This document shows, one piece after another, positions 1 to 10,948 of a stretch of DNA of 32,000 nt. A program made the translations under genes and the position numbers. The notes under the pieces were generated by a model. That model was not told where the DNA came from and searched no databases. It saw only the letters and a program-made list of their open reading frames with translations. Origin of the DNA: Candidatus Saccharimonadota bacterium (lineage in GTDB: Bacteria; Pseudomonadota; Gammaproteobacteria; Enterobacterales; Enterobacteriaceae); contig NZ_CP097762.1 of the NCBI RefSeq assembly GCF_023585745.1, forward strand, positions 570,001 through 602,000, written 5' to 3'. How positions within the stretch are numbered: position 1 is the stretch's first letter; every line of letters starts with the position of its first letter.

Positions 1-15
1 TCTGAACTTAAATAA
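1..15 (+). CDS. ptsH: Possible 3' end of ptsH (HPr), cut by the window edge
   Basis: Frame 1 reads S-E-L-K-stop (tct gaa ctt aaa taa), which resembles the ...AELE-stop C-terminus of enterobacterial HPr. It lies 56 bp upstream of ptsI, as in the conserved ptsH-ptsI arrangement. Only 4 codons are visible. Confidence 0.3.
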
Positions 16-71
16 TAAAAAATAATAAAATAAACATAATTAATTATCTACCACTTCAAAAGGGTACAATC

Positions 72-1784
72 ATGACTGCCGGCATTCCAGTATCACCTGG
101 CATCGCCTTCGGAAAAGCGCTGCTACTACAAGAACATAAAGTTATTATTAATTCAAAAAAAATCAGTCACGACATTATTGAACAAGAAATTCAAAAATTC
201 CTGCATGGATTATATGATACTTCTAAGCAACTAAAAAAAATCAAGAAAAAAGCACAAAAACAGCTAAATGAAAAAAAAGAAGCAATATTAGAAGGACATA
301 TAATGTTATTAGAAGATGAAGAACTAAAACAAGATATTATTGCTCTAATCAAAGAAGAATTATTCAGCGCTGATGCCGCAGTATATTTTGTTATTGAAAC
401 TCAAGCTAAAGCTCTAGAAAAACTAGAAGATGAATATTTAAAAGAACGATCCACTGATGTAAGAGATATAGGAAAACGACTATTAAAAAATATATTAAAT
501 ATACCAATCATAGATTTAAATTCTATTGACGAAGAAGTTATCATTATCGCAGAAGACCTTAGTCCATCAGAAACTGCTCAATTAAATCTAAAAAAAGTAT
601 TAGGATTTATTACTGATAACGGCAGCAAAACCTCACATACTTCTATAATGGCGTGTTCCTTAGAGTTACCAGCGATTGTCAATACTGGTAATATCACTAA
701 ACAAGTAACACACGGCGATTTTATAATACTCGACGCAATAAACAATAAAATTTATATCAATCCAAGTCTAGATATTATCCGACATAATACCATTTTAAAA
801 AAAAAATATTCTGCTGAAAAACATGCGCTCAATAAACTGAAACATCTTCCTACTATTACTCTGGATCAACATCAAGTACGTATATGTGCTAACGTTGGAA
901 CAATACAAGATATAAAAAAAGCCAAAGAAAATGGCGCAGAAGGAATCGGTCTATATAGAACTGAATTCTTATTTATGAATCGCAACACATTGCCTACAGA
1001 AGAAGAACAATTTCAAGCCTATAAAAATGCCGCAGAACTCACAAAAGATACAGCGATAGTTATACGTATCATAGATATTGGTGGAGATAAAAATTTACCT
1101 TATATGAATCTTCCAAAAGAAGATAATCCATTTCTTGGATGGCGAGCAATACGAATTATATTAAATAGAAAAGATATCTTACATACTCAGCTACGAGCTA
1201 TCTTAAGAGCTTCATTTTTTGGAAAATTACGTATAATGTATCCTATGATTATTTCAGTAGAAGAAATAAAAACTTTAAATACAGAATTAAATTCTTTAAA
1301 AACACAACTCAGAAATGAAGGAAAAAAATTTGATGAAAATATTAAAGTTGGTATAATGATAGAGACTCCAGCAGCAGCGATCATTTCGCACCTTTTAATT
1401 AAAGAAGTAGATTTTTTTAGCATAGGCACAAACGATTTAACTCAATATACTCTTGCAGTAGATCGTGGAAATAAATTTGTATCACACCTATATAATCCTA
1501 TTGCCCCATCAATATTAATTTTAATTAAACGTGTTATTGATGCCGCACATATTGCAGGAAAATGGACTGCTATGTGCGGAGAAATGGCTTGTGATGAACA
1601 CTCTACAATTTTATTGCTAGGTATGGGATTAGACGAATTTAGTATGAGCTCTACATCTATTCCGCGCATAAAAAAAATCATTCGCAACACATATTATAAT
1701 GATGCAAAAATGTTAGCAAAAAAAGTATTAAATTGTTCTACAACAGAATCAATAATGCAATTAATTATAAAAAAAACAACATAA
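72..1784 (+). CDS. ptsI: Phosphoenolpyruvate-protein phosphotransferase (PTS enzyme I)
   Basis: 570-aa ORF with an ATG start. It aligns end to end with E. coli PtsI as recalled: [23 protein letters not shown], the active-site His motif [41 protein letters not shown] and [10 protein letters not shown]. An AAGGG Shine-Dalgarno-like motif precedes the ATG. Confidence 0.97.
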   Translation: MTAGIPVSPGIAFGKALLLQEHKVIINSKKISHDIIEQEIQKFLHGLYDTSKQLKKIKKKAQKQLNEKKEAILEGHIMLLEDEELKQDIIALIKEELFSADAAVYFVIETQAKALEKLEDEYLKERSTDVRDIGKRLLKNILNIPIIDLNSIDEEVIIIAEDLSPSETAQLNLKKVLGFITDNGSKTSHTSIMACSLELPAIVNTGNITKQVTHGDFIILDAINNKIYINPSLDIIRHNTILKKKYSAEKHALNKLKHLPTITLDQHQVRICANVGTIQDIKKAKENGAEGIGLYRTEFLFMNRNTLPTEEEQFQAYKNAAELTKDTAIVIRIIDIGGDKNLPYMNLPKEDNPFLGWRAIRIILNRKDILHTQLRAILRASFFGKLRIMYPMIISVEEIKTLNTELNSLKTQLRNEGKKFDENIKVGIMIETPAAAIISHLLIKEVDFFSIGTNDLTQYTLAVDRGNKFVSHLYNPIAPSILILIKRVIDAAHIAGKWTAMCGEMACDEHSTILLLGMGLDEFSMSSTSIPRIKKIIRNTYYNDAKMLAKKVLNCSTTESIMQLIIKKTT

Positions 1785-2179
1785 TTATCATTATCGATAT
1801 AATAATGCAAAATATAAACACACTTTCATCAAAAAAAATTTTAACAACATGTAAAAAATACTAATTTTCATTAATTAATACTAATTTATTATTATACTAT
1901 TTTATGTGCTAGTATTGTTATGTTTATACACATAAATCTTAGTCTCTATTTATGGCCACTACACTAGAATAACATATATCACAACACCTAATATTATTAT
2001 GTTATTAACAATAATACACATAAATACATACATATTTTTAATATTTTATACTACTGACAAAACAATCATCATATTTAATGATGAAAATCTATAATATATA
2101 ACACACATATTTTATATTCTAATTTAGATACAATTAATACTAACGTTTTAATATAAAAATATTTAAATAAACACTGATA

Positions 2180-3247
2180 TTACAGCGCTACTTCACGAGA
2201 ATATAATCTCAAATTATGTCCACTTAAATAACAAATTTGACCACATTCTGGCGCGCCAAAAACATCTTTAATCCATAAAACTATACTTAACAAATCCTTA
2301 TGCCATCCTAATGGCTCTACACTTAACTGCCAATAATAACCATGAAAACTAACATGTACTATTTTTGCTGGTAATGAATGCAATACGCTTGGTTCTTTAC
2401 TTATCTCCATTTCCCAGGGACGAAAAAATGCCTCTACTTTCCCCTGAAAAGATGGTTTATAAGATAATACCCAACAATAAGAACCAATAAATAATTTTGA
2501 GCCACATACTATTCCTTGCAAACAATTTACTTCACTTAAAAATTCTAATACAAAACGAGTTGCTGGAAAATTCCAAATATCTTTGGGAGTACCTATTTGC
2601 TCAATGGATCCTTTATTCATAACTGCCACTCTATTAGCAACCTCTATAGCTTCCTCCTGATCATGTGTAACGAAAACACTAGTAAATTTAAATTCACTAT
2701 GTAATTTTCTTATCCAACGACGTAAATCTTTCCTAACCTGTGTGTCTAATGCACCAAACGGTTCATCTAATAATAAAATTTCTGGTTTAATTGCTAAAGC
2801 ACGAGCCAAGGCTACGCGTTGTTTTTGTCCACCAGAAAGTTGAGCAGGATATCTATTAGCCAAGCTTTCTAGCTGAACCATATCTAACAAACTCATCACC
2901 ATACTATTAATTACATGCATGCTAGGACGTTTATAACTTGGTAACATTTTTATTCCAAAAGAAATATTTTCTAAAACTGTCATATGTCTAAATAATGCAT
3001 AGTTTTGAAAAACAAAACCAACACGTCGATCACGTGCATTAATCCTAGTAACATCTTTACCGCTAAATCGTACAAATCCACTATTATGTTCTTCTAATCC
3101 AGCAATTATACGTAATAAAGTTGTTTTCCCAGAACCCGAAGGACCTAATAAAGCTACTATTTCTCCAGTCTCTACATACAAAGATATATTAGATAAAACC
3201 TTATCTCTATTAAAAAATTTAGTAACTCTATCAATATCAATACTCAT
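2180..3247 (-). CDS. cysA: Sulfate/thiosulfate ABC transporter, ATP-binding subunit
   Basis: 355-aa ORF with Walker A GPSGSGKTT, ABC signature LSGGQKQR and Walker B LLLDEPFGALD. It is the last gene of a tightly spaced cysP-U-W-A array on the minus strand. Confidence 0.95.
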   Translation of the reverse strand: MSIDIDRVTKFFNRDKVLSNISLYVETGEIVALLGPSGSGKTTLLRIIAGLEEHNSGFVRFSGKDVTRINARDRRVGFVFQNYALFRHMTVLENISFGIKMLPSYKRPSMHVINSMVMSLLDMVQLESLANRYPAQLSGGQKQRVALARALAIKPEILLLDEPFGALDTQVRKDLRRWIRKLHSEFKFTSVFVTHDQEEAIEVANRVAVMNKGSIEQIGTPKDIWNFPATRFVLEFLSEVNCLQGIVCGSKLFIGSYCWVLSYKPSFQGKVEAFFRPWEMEISKEPSVLHSLPAKIVHVSFHGYYWQLSVEPLGWHKDLLSIVLWIKDVFGAPECGQICYLSGHNLRLYSREVAL

Positions 3248-3274
3248 GTATAATTACCTCAATCATAATATTAA

Positions 3275-4102
3275 TTAATACACTAAACGATTTTTTAAAT
3301 AATGTTTTATTAACAATATAATAATTGAAATACACGCTAACAACGATGCAGCAATAAAAGCACCAACAGTATTATAATCTTGATATAATAATTCCACATA
3401 CAAGGATAGTGTGTAAGTTTCACCTCTTATCAAGCCTGAAACTATAGAAATCGCTCCAAATTCTCCAATAGCACGCGCATTAGTAAGAATTGCTCCATAT
3501 AACAAAGCCCAACGAATATTTGGAAAAGTAACATAACGAAACATCTGCCAACCGGATGCACCAAGCAACACTGCTGCTTCATCTTCTTGTTTCCCCTGAT
3601 GTATCATTATCGGAACAAGCTCATGTACTACAAAAGGACATGTAACAAAAATAGTTACCAATACCATTCCTAACCAAGAAAACATTATCTGTATATTATG
3701 TATATCTAACCAATGCACTACCACATTATTATCGGTATAACATAATAAATATAACAACCCAGCAATAACCGGAGACACTGCAATCGGAACATTTATTAAT
3801 GTGTATAATAATCGTGTTCCATAAAAATTAAAACGTGTGACTAACCAAGATATTAACACTCCAAAAAACACATTTATTGGGACTACAAATAATGCTAAAA
3901 ATACCGTTAAAAAAATAGCATGCATCATATCTTTATGTATTAGATTAATTTTTATTACAGAAAAACCTGCTGAAACAGCAGAAAAAAAAATAAACAACAA
4001 TGGAACTAGTAATAATACTATTACAAATAGTATACTTATACTAATTAGTATCCATTGAGTCCAGGTAATAACACCGCTATAACGACCCTGATTATTTTTC
4101 AT
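3275..4102 (-). CDS. cysW: Sulfate ABC transporter permease
   Basis: 275-aa multi-pass hydrophobic ORF between cysU and cysA, 27 bp upstream of cysA. The order matches the E. coli cysPUWA operon. Confidence 0.92.
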   Translation of the reverse strand: MKNNQGRYSGVITWTQWILISISILFVIVLLLVPLLFIFFSAVSAGFSVIKINLIHKDMMHAIFLTVFLALFVVPINVFFGVLISWLVTRFNFYGTRLLYTLINVPIAVSPVIAGLLYLLCYTDNNVVVHWLDIHNIQIMFSWLGMVLVTIFVTCPFVVHELVPIMIHQGKQEDEAAVLLGASGWQMFRYVTFPNIRWALLYGAILTNARAIGEFGAISIVSGLIRGETYTLSLYVELLYQDYNTVGAFIAASLLACISIIILLIKHYLKNRLVY

Positions 4103-4126
4103 ACTATTAAATAATTTACCTATAAT

Positions 4127-4963
4127 TCAAGAACCTATATACTTATGATGTATACATAACTGAAAGATATTTACAAAAAACAACAATAATAAGGAAATCA
4201 TTAAAATTACAGAAGCAATGGCGCTAGCAGCTGGATAATCAAACTCTTGCAACCGCACAAAAATAATTAAAGATACCACTTCATTTTTCCAAGAAAAATT
4301 ACCAGATATAAAAATAACTGCTCCAAATTCACCTAAACTACGTACAAAAGATAAAGATGTACCAGATAACCAAGCTGGTAATAATTCTGGAAAAATTATC
4401 TTGTAAAAGATTTGCCAGGTACTCGCCCCTAAAGTTTTTGCTGCTTCTTCAATTTCGATAGCACATTCTTCTAATACTGGTTGCACAGCTCTAACTACAA
4501 ACGGAAAACTAGTAAAAATCATTGCAATAGATATGCCCATCCATGTATAAGATACAGTAACACCTGTATTATTAAATAACCATTCACCATACCACCCATA
4601 TTTTGAAAACAACGTTGCTAAAGTTAATCCCGCTACTGCAGTTGGCAAAGCAAAAGGTAAATCTATTAACACATCTAATACTGTTCTTCCAATAAATCTA
4701 TATCTAGCTATAACCCAAGATATTAATACCCCAAATATCGAATTAAATACTGCTGCTACCCCAGCAGTAAAAAAAGTTATTTTATAAGATTCTAATAATT
4801 CTGGATCTGTAATTATATCCCAATACTGAGCAACACTCATATGTGATAATTGCATAAATAATGCGCTCAAAGGCAATAATATAATTAAACACATAAACAA
4901 TATACTACTACCAAACGCAATTCCAAATCCAGGTAATGAATTTTTAGATAAAAAAAATAACAT
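4127..4963 (-). CDS. cysU: Sulfate ABC transporter permease
   Basis: 278-aa hydrophobic ORF of the CysT/CysU permease type. It starts 3 bp after the cysP stop and ends 24 bp before cysW. Confidence 0.92.
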   Translation of the reverse strand: MLFFLSKNSLPGFGIAFGSSILFMCLIILLPLSALFMQLSHMSVAQYWDIITDPELLESYKITFFTAGVAAVFNSIFGVLISWVIARYRFIGRTVLDVLIDLPFALPTAVAGLTLATLFSKYGWYGEWLFNNTGVTVSYTWMGISIAMIFTSFPFVVRAVQPVLEECAIEIEEAAKTLGASTWQIFYKIIFPELLPAWLSGTSLSFVRSLGEFGAVIFISGNFSWKNEVVSLIIFVRLQEFDYPAASAIASVILMISLLLLFFVNIFQLCIHHKYIGS

Positions 4964-4966
4964 AAA

Positions 4967-5995
4967 TTATGTTCGTCCTGCTAATAATAATCTATCCAAT
5001 TCACCGCCATGTTTAAAATGCGTATCCATAATGACATTCCAATTACCAAATTTTTCTTCAATTCGAAATAATTGATTTATAAAAGACGTATTATAATATA
5101 TTCCGGAATTTGTACTACTAGTACATATACGATATCCAAATTTTTCAATACTCTTTTGAGCCTCAGGAGTATAAAGATAAGCTAAATATGCTTGCGCTAC
5201 ATCTTTAGTTCCATTACGCGCAACATTTTTATCTATCCAAGTAACTGGAAATTCTACTAAAACATTTGGATATGGTATAACAATTTCATAAACATCTGAC
5301 GCATGTAAATTCTGTACAAATTTCACTTCAGATTCAAAATTAATTAATACATCTCCTTGATAACGATCAACAAAAGTAGCAGTCGCAACTCGACCTCCTA
5401 TATCAAATGCAATGACATTTTTTAAAAACTGCTGCATCAAAGCTCTGGTTTTTTCTAAATTTCCATTATTTTTGAGAAAGAAAGCATACCACGCAGCCAA
5501 ATATGTATAACGACCATTACCAGAAACTTTAGGGTTAGGAAATACTATTTCTACCCCTGGTTTTACCAAATCGCACCAATCATAAATTTTTTTTGGATTA
5601 CCTTTTCTTACTAAAAAAGCCATAGTTGAATAAAACGGGGAACTATTATTTGGAAAACGTTTTTGCCAGTCTGAAGGAATTAATTTTCCACGATCATGCA
5701 AAATCTGCACATCTATTACCTGATTATAAGTAACTACATCTGCACGTAATCCTTGTAATACAGTCATAGCCTGTCTAGTAGATCCCGCATGAGATTGACG
5801 AATAATTAATGTATCTCGATTATCAGTATTAGAATTCTGGCTATTCCAATATTTAATAAAATTAGTATTTATTTCTAGAAATAACTCTCTAGATACATCG
5901 TAAGAACTATTTAATAAAATAGTTGCATCAACCATGTTGCAAAATAAATAACAAAAAAATACTATTATTTTAATAATTTCTAAAATAATACTCAT
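4967..5995 (-). CDS. cysP: Periplasmic sulfate/thiosulfate-binding protein
   Basis: Strong similarity to recalled E. coli CysP/Sbp: LLNSSYDVSRELF, IRQSHAGS, ADVVTYNQV.DVQILHD.GKLIP.DWQ, NNSSPFYSTMAFLVRKGNPK, THF..GGELD.LL.AGR. The ORF track starts at a TTG at 6007. The first ATG at 5995 gives a signal-peptide-like N-terminus, MSIILEIIKIIVFFCYLFCNMVDA/T. Whether this is cysP or sbp is decided only by operon context. Confidence 0.9.
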   Translation of the reverse strand: MSIILEIIKIIVFFCYLFCNMVDATILLNSSYDVSRELFLEINTNFIKYWNSQNSNTDNRDTLIIRQSHAGSTRQAMTVLQGLRADVVTYNQVIDVQILHDRGKLIPSDWQKRFPNNSSPFYSTMAFLVRKGNPKKIYDWCDLVKPGVEIVFPNPKVSGNGRYTYLAAWYAFFLKNNGNLEKTRALMQQFLKNVIAFDIGGRVATATFVDRYQGDVLINFESEVKFVQNLHASDVYEIVIPYPNVLVEFPVTWIDKNVARNGTKDVAQAYLAYLYTPEAQKSIEKFGYRICTSSTNSGIYYNTSFINQLFRIEEKFGNWNVIMDTHFKHGGELDRLLLAGRT

Positions 5996-7193
5996 ATAAG
6001 CATCCAAAAAAATAATTTATTGAAATATTAAAGTTAGTAATATCAAAAATTAATATATTATAAAAATAACCTATAATATAAATAATAAATAGCTTATAAG
6101 CGTTAAGTATATAAAATATTTAACAAAACTAAAATTCTAGAAGAATGCTTACTAATATATAAATTATTTAAAAACTCATTAATATTCAGTAATATATCGT
6201 AATATTTTTGTAAACACCACTACAGATAAAATTTATACAAAAAATAAAAAATTATTTTCAATAATGCAATATGCAAATATTTTTAATATTATTGAAATTA
6301 CATTATTAATGATATTTTTAATATTAAAATTTCTTATAAAAATTATACTTAACTTTATATATATAAAGTCTATAATTTATTATTTAATAAATTCATATTA
6401 GAAACTACATAATTTTTAATGAAACACATTATGTATACCATCTAATTAATATATTTAATAAAACTAACATCAAAACAATAAACACTATATTATATGTATT
6501 TATGAATCAAACAAAAAACATACTAACAGCAGTTTATAAAATATAATTATTTTATACAAAAAATTTTGTTCCATATATAAACTAATCTTTATATAGAAAA
6601 TTTAAGACAATTTTATATTAAAACAATAAAGAATAGATTATTACAAGAATCTGTATAAGTAGAATTTTTTCATTTTTTTATGATTTATGTCTGAATAAAT
6701 CATAATATATTTAAATCCAAATATAATTTTTATTAATGTATGATGAATAATAAAACTCAATAATTTTCTATAAAAATATCTTTTTAATTTATATAAATAC
6801 TATTATCAATAATACAAAACGTATCAATCCCTATTATTATACCATAACATGGTATTTAAGATATTACATATAACATAATAAGTAATTTAATAATATTAAT
6901 GATTATTTAATAATTTGAAGTGATTATGAAATATTTATTAAAGCATCATTATCGTAGTAATTAAAAAAATAATATTTTTAATATATAAAATTAATATAAT
7001 AAAAATTATTACAATCACTAAAATTAATATAAGCTACAAATATTAAGAAATTAAATATATATTTATTATGAATAAATATAATCTTATCTTTAATATAACT
7101 TATTAAAATACTGAGAATCCTGTATATAGTTAAAACCATATAATATTAAACTTAACGCAACATAATATTATCATGTTAGCAAATCATACGCAC

Positions 7194-7222
7194 TTGACTA
7201 TCTATACTGCTAATCTTATAAT
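7194..7222 (+). promoter_or_regulatory. Candidate sigma70 promoter upstream of tkt (TTGACT-N17-TATAAT)
   Basis: TTGACT lies at 7194-7199, followed by an exact 17-nt spacer and TATAAT at 7217-7222. This is about 220 bp upstream of the tkt ATG. TATAAT alone is common in this AT-rich DNA; the good -35 box at optimal spacing is what stands out. Confidence 0.35.
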
Positions 7223-7442
7223 ATAATTATTAAAATGAGTTTTATATTCAAATCAACAAAATATAAATATACAAGAATAATTATATTATAATAATTTGTT
7301 AAAAATGAAAATTTATTTTTTCAACAACATAATGAATATATTTTATCAAATAAAAATAAACTATAATAAATTTTAAACATTACATTTCAAATATTAAAAA
7401 ACAAATTGATTTATACTAATTCAAGTTTTGGAATCATTGAGT

Positions 7443-9470
7443 ATGATAATCGACGAAAATACTTTAGCTAATTCCATACGTATATTAAGCATAGACGCCG
7501 TACAAAAAGCTAATTCTGGTCACCCAGGATGCCCGATGGGGATGGCGAATATAGCGGAGGTATTGTGGAGAGATTATATAAATCACAATCCAAATAATCC
7601 GTATTGGATCAATAGAGATCGGTTCGTTCTATCTAATGGACATGGATCAATATTATTGTATTGTATACTACATTTAACTGGATATGACCTATCAATAGAG
7701 GATTTAAAAAATTTTAGACAATTAAACTCCAAAACACCTGGACATCCAGAATATCCAAATACTGATGGAGTCGAGATAACAACTGGTCCATTAGGACAGG
7801 GCATTGCTAACGCAATAGGATTTGCAATTGCAGAGCGCACCTTATCAGCTCAATTTAATCGTCCTAAATACAACATTATAGACCACTATACATATGTATT
7901 TGTAGGCGATGGATGTATAATGGAAGGAATTTCTCATGAAGCTTGTTCAATAGCTGGTACTATGAAATTGCATAAATTAATTGTATTTTACGATAATAAT
8001 GGAATATCAATAGATGGGCATGTAAAAGAATGGTTCACAGACGATACTGCTATGCGTTTTGAATCTTATGGATGGAATGTAATACGTAATATTGATGGAC
8101 ATAACCGAAATTCTATAAAACTTGCTATAGAAAAAGCTAAATCAACATTAATAAATAAGCCATCACTATTAATATGCAACACTATTATTGGATTTGGATC
8201 GCCCAATAAAAGCGGAACGCACAAAATACATGGATCGCCCCTAGGACCAGAAGAAACACATGCTACTAAAAAAGCACTAAATTGGGATAAACCAGCATTT
8301 GTTATTCCGACTGAAATATATAAATTATGGGATTCTAAAGAATCCGGACAAAAAAAAGAAAATTCTTGGAAAAAATTATTTCAGGAATATACATTGTCTT
8401 ATCCTGAATTATCAAAAGAACTACTAAGACGAATTCAAAAAAAATTGCCACATGAATGGAATAAAAAAACACACAATTTTATAAAAAGCTTACAAAAAAC
8501 ACCAAAAAATATCGCCACACGACAAGCATCACAAATATGTATTGAAAATTTTTCTGCTACACTTCCAGAACTATTCGGTGGATCAGCAGATCTTACTCCC
8601 AGCAATCTCACTACTTGTTCTAACTCTGTATCTATTACACATAAAAAATGGGGAAATTACATCCATTATGGAGTTCGTGAATTTGGGATGACTGCTATTG
8701 CAAATGGTATAGCCAATTACGGAGCATTTTTGCCTTATACTGCCACATTTTTAACCTTTTCAGAATATGCTCGTAATGCTGTACGCATGGCAGCTTTAAT
8801 GCACAGTCACCATATTATAATTTATACCCATGATTCCATTGGATTAGGAGAAGATGGACCAACACATCAGCCTATAGAACAACTCGCTAATTTACGTATG
8901 ACGCCAAACTTAATAGTTTGGCGCCCTTGCGATCAAGTAGAAACTGCTGTAGCCTGGAAATCAGCGATTGAATATCGAGGACCTTCAGCTTTAATATTAT
9001 CTAGACAAAACCTCATGCAACAAGAACGTACTCATACGCAAATTGATAATATTTCTCGTGGTGGGTACATACTAAAGAACTGCTATGATGATGTAAATAC
9101 TCCAGAACTAATTATTATTTCGACAGGATCAGAGATATCCTTAGCCATAAATGCATATAATCAACTAACTCAAGAAGGATATAAAATACGTGTAGTGTCT
9201 TTACCGTCTACTAATATATTCGATAAACAAGATAAATTATATCGTGAATATGTATTACCAAAAACCGTAATTAATAGATTAGTTATTGAAGCAAGCAGTA
9301 TTGATTATTGGTATAAATATGTCGGATTGCATGGTAAAATAATTGGTATGAACACATTTGGAAAATCAGCTCCATCCGACCAATTATTTAAATATTTTGG
9401 TTTTACTATACACAACGTGCTCAATACAGCATATAAATTATTAAATAGAGATCCAATAAAATATAAATAA
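7443..9470 (+). CDS. tkt: Transketolase
   Basis: Aligns along its full length with recalled E. coli TktA: [18 protein letters not shown], the ThDP-binding region [32 protein letters not shown] and [13 protein letters not shown]. The ORF track starts at a TTG at 7428; the ATG at 7443 ([13 protein letters not shown]) matches the E. coli N-terminal length. By synteny it occupies the tktB position of E. coli. Confidence 0.95.
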   Translation: MIIDENTLANSIRILSIDAVQKANSGHPGCPMGMANIAEVLWRDYINHNPNNPYWINRDRFVLSNGHGSILLYCILHLTGYDLSIEDLKNFRQLNSKTPGHPEYPNTDGVEITTGPLGQGIANAIGFAIAERTLSAQFNRPKYNIIDHYTYVFVGDGCIMEGISHEACSIAGTMKLHKLIVFYDNNGISIDGHVKEWFTDDTAMRFESYGWNVIRNIDGHNRNSIKLAIEKAKSTLINKPSLLICNTIIGFGSPNKSGTHKIHGSPLGPEETHATKKALNWDKPAFVIPTEIYKLWDSKESGQKKENSWKKLFQEYTLSYPELSKELLRRIQKKLPHEWNKKTHNFIKSLQKTPKNIATRQASQICIENFSATLPELFGGSADLTPSNLTTCSNSVSITHKKWGNYIHYGVREFGMTAIANGIANYGAFLPYTATFLTFSEYARNAVRMAALMHSHHIIIYTHDSIGLGEDGPTHQPIEQLANLRMTPNLIVWRPCDQVETAVAWKSAIEYRGPSALILSRQNLMQQERTHTQIDNISRGGYILKNCYDDVNTPELIIISTGSEISLAINAYNQLTQEGYKIRVVSLPSTNIFDKQDKLYREYVLPKTVINRLVIEASSIDYWYKYVGLHGKIIGMNTFGKSAPSDQLFKYFGFTIHNVLNTAYKLLNRDPIKYK

Positions 9471-9611
9471 AAAAGATAAAAAAATCTAATAAATTCAGAA
9501 ATTTTTTAAATTACCAAAAAAATAATTTTTCAATTAATTAATAAAAATTGTTATATATATATTGTCATCTCTAATAACTTTTATTATTAGACTGCGCTGA
9601 GGAATTATCTG

Positions 9612-10802
9612 ATGAATATAAATGTTCGGACCGAATCAGTAATAACATTGGCTCAGAAATTAATACAACAACCCTCAATAACATCAACATCTTGTAACTG
9701 TCATAAAATAATTAATAATTATCTACAACAACTCAATTTCAAAATAGAATTCATGAAATTTAAAGATACTATTAATATCTGGGCGTATCATAATGGAAAT
9801 AGAAAAAATAAATATATAAAAACACACACATTGTTATTTTTAGGACATACTGATGTTGTAACACCTGGAACGCTAAAAAATTGGAAGTACCCTCCTTTTT
9901 CTGGAGTAATACACGATAATATTCTATATGGCAGAGGCGCTGCGGATATGAAAGGTGCCCTGGCTGCTATGCTAATAGCTGCTAAAAACTTCGTGCATAA
10001 TAATTCTGATTATCCAGGTAAAATAGCATTCCTTATTACCTCTGACGAAGAAGGAAAAGGTACTAATGGCACCATAAAAGTTGTACAATCTTTATTAAAA
10101 CGAAATGAAAAAATAAATTATTGTATAGTTGGAGAACCAACTAGTCAAAATAAAATAGGTGATGTGATAAAAAATGGCAGAAGAGGATCATTAACGGCAA
10201 CACTAACAATACTTGGAATACAAGGACATGTAGCGTATCCGCAATTTTCTAAAAATCCAATTCATTCTATTATTCCAGCTATATCGGATCTTTTAAATAC
10301 CAAGTGGGATCAAATAAACAATACACTGTTTCCTGAAACTACTATGCAAATCACTAATATTATATCTAATAATAACAATAATAATAATATTATTCCAAAC
10401 GAAGTTACATTACAAATTAATCTTCGTTTTAACACTTTAACTTCTGTAAATAATATAAAAAAACAAATACATAAAATATTACAATCCAATAATTTAAATT
10501 ATAATATTAATTGGCAATTACACGCAGAACCTTATTTTAGTAAACCTGGCAAATTTACCAATATTGTTATAAACATAATTAAAGATAGTCAAAAATTTAC
10601 TCCTGTCTTAGAAACTACAGGAGGTACTTCTGATGGACGTTTTGTTGCTAAAATGGGATCAGAAATTATAGAGTTAGGTGCGCTTAATTGTAGTATTCAT
10701 AAATTTAATGAACATATTCATATAAAAGACCTAAAAATCCTTCAATTTCTGTATCAAGAAATACTAGAAAAGTTATTCATCAATGCAAGTAATTTACTAT
10801 AA
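9612..10802 (+). CDS. dapE: Succinyl-diaminopimelate desuccinylase
   Basis: 396 aa with GHTDVV.PG, GRGAADMKG.LAAM, FLITSDEE, VGEPT, KNGRRGSL and GGTSDGRF, all matching recalled E. coli DapE. GAGGA lies 8 nt upstream of the ATG. It contains an extra poly-Asn insertion. Confidence 0.95.
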   Translation: MNINVRTESVITLAQKLIQQPSITSTSCNCHKIINNYLQQLNFKIEFMKFKDTINIWAYHNGNRKNKYIKTHTLLFLGHTDVVTPGTLKNWKYPPFSGVIHDNILYGRGAADMKGALAAMLIAAKNFVHNNSDYPGKIAFLITSDEEGKGTNGTIKVVQSLLKRNEKINYCIVGEPTSQNKIGDVIKNGRRGSLTATLTILGIQGHVAYPQFSKNPIHSIIPAISDLLNTKWDQINNTLFPETTMQITNIISNNNNNNNIIPNEVTLQINLRFNTLTSVNNIKKQIHKILQSNNLNYNINWQLHAEPYFSKPGKFTNIVINIIKDSQKFTPVLETTGGTSDGRFVAKMGSEIIELGALNCSIHKFNEHIHIKDLKILQFLYQEILEKLFINASNLL

Positions 10803-10948
10803 AGCAACGGCTTTTTATTATTATATTTACCGAATAATATATATTATTAATTATTATGAATATAATGCAAAACATATATCGCGTATTATCATAGTAATAT
10901 AAATACGTACATAAACAAATAAAAATAACTTATATCTACAACTAATTA

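Noticed and set aside
1187-1690. ORFs 1187-1429(-) and 1442-1690(-), antisense to ptsI
   Set aside because: They lie entirely inside the strongly homologous ptsI CDS on the opposite strand. They have no recognisable motifs and are typical shadow ORFs.
3837-4058. ORF 3837-4058(+), antisense to cysW
   Set aside because: It is embedded in cysW and has a low-complexity N/T/I-rich translation. It is a shadow ORF.
6679-6704. Hairpin tatgatttat-gtctga-ataaatcata in the long cysP-tkt spacer, with similar 8-10 bp inverted repeats at 12379-12402 and 13781-13802
   Set aside because: Arms of 8-10 bp that are mostly A/T are expected by chance in several kb of AT-rich spacer. None is followed by a T-tract or sits close to a gene end.
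7583-7840. ORF 7583-7840(-), antisense to tkt
   Set aside because: It lies inside the conserved ThDP-binding region of transketolase and has no independent support.
10801-10822. Small hairpin aaagc-aacg-gcttt followed by a T-rich run just after the dapE stop, a possible terminator
   Set aside because: The stem is only 5 bp and overlaps the stop codon. That is too weak to call an intrinsic terminator without transcript data.
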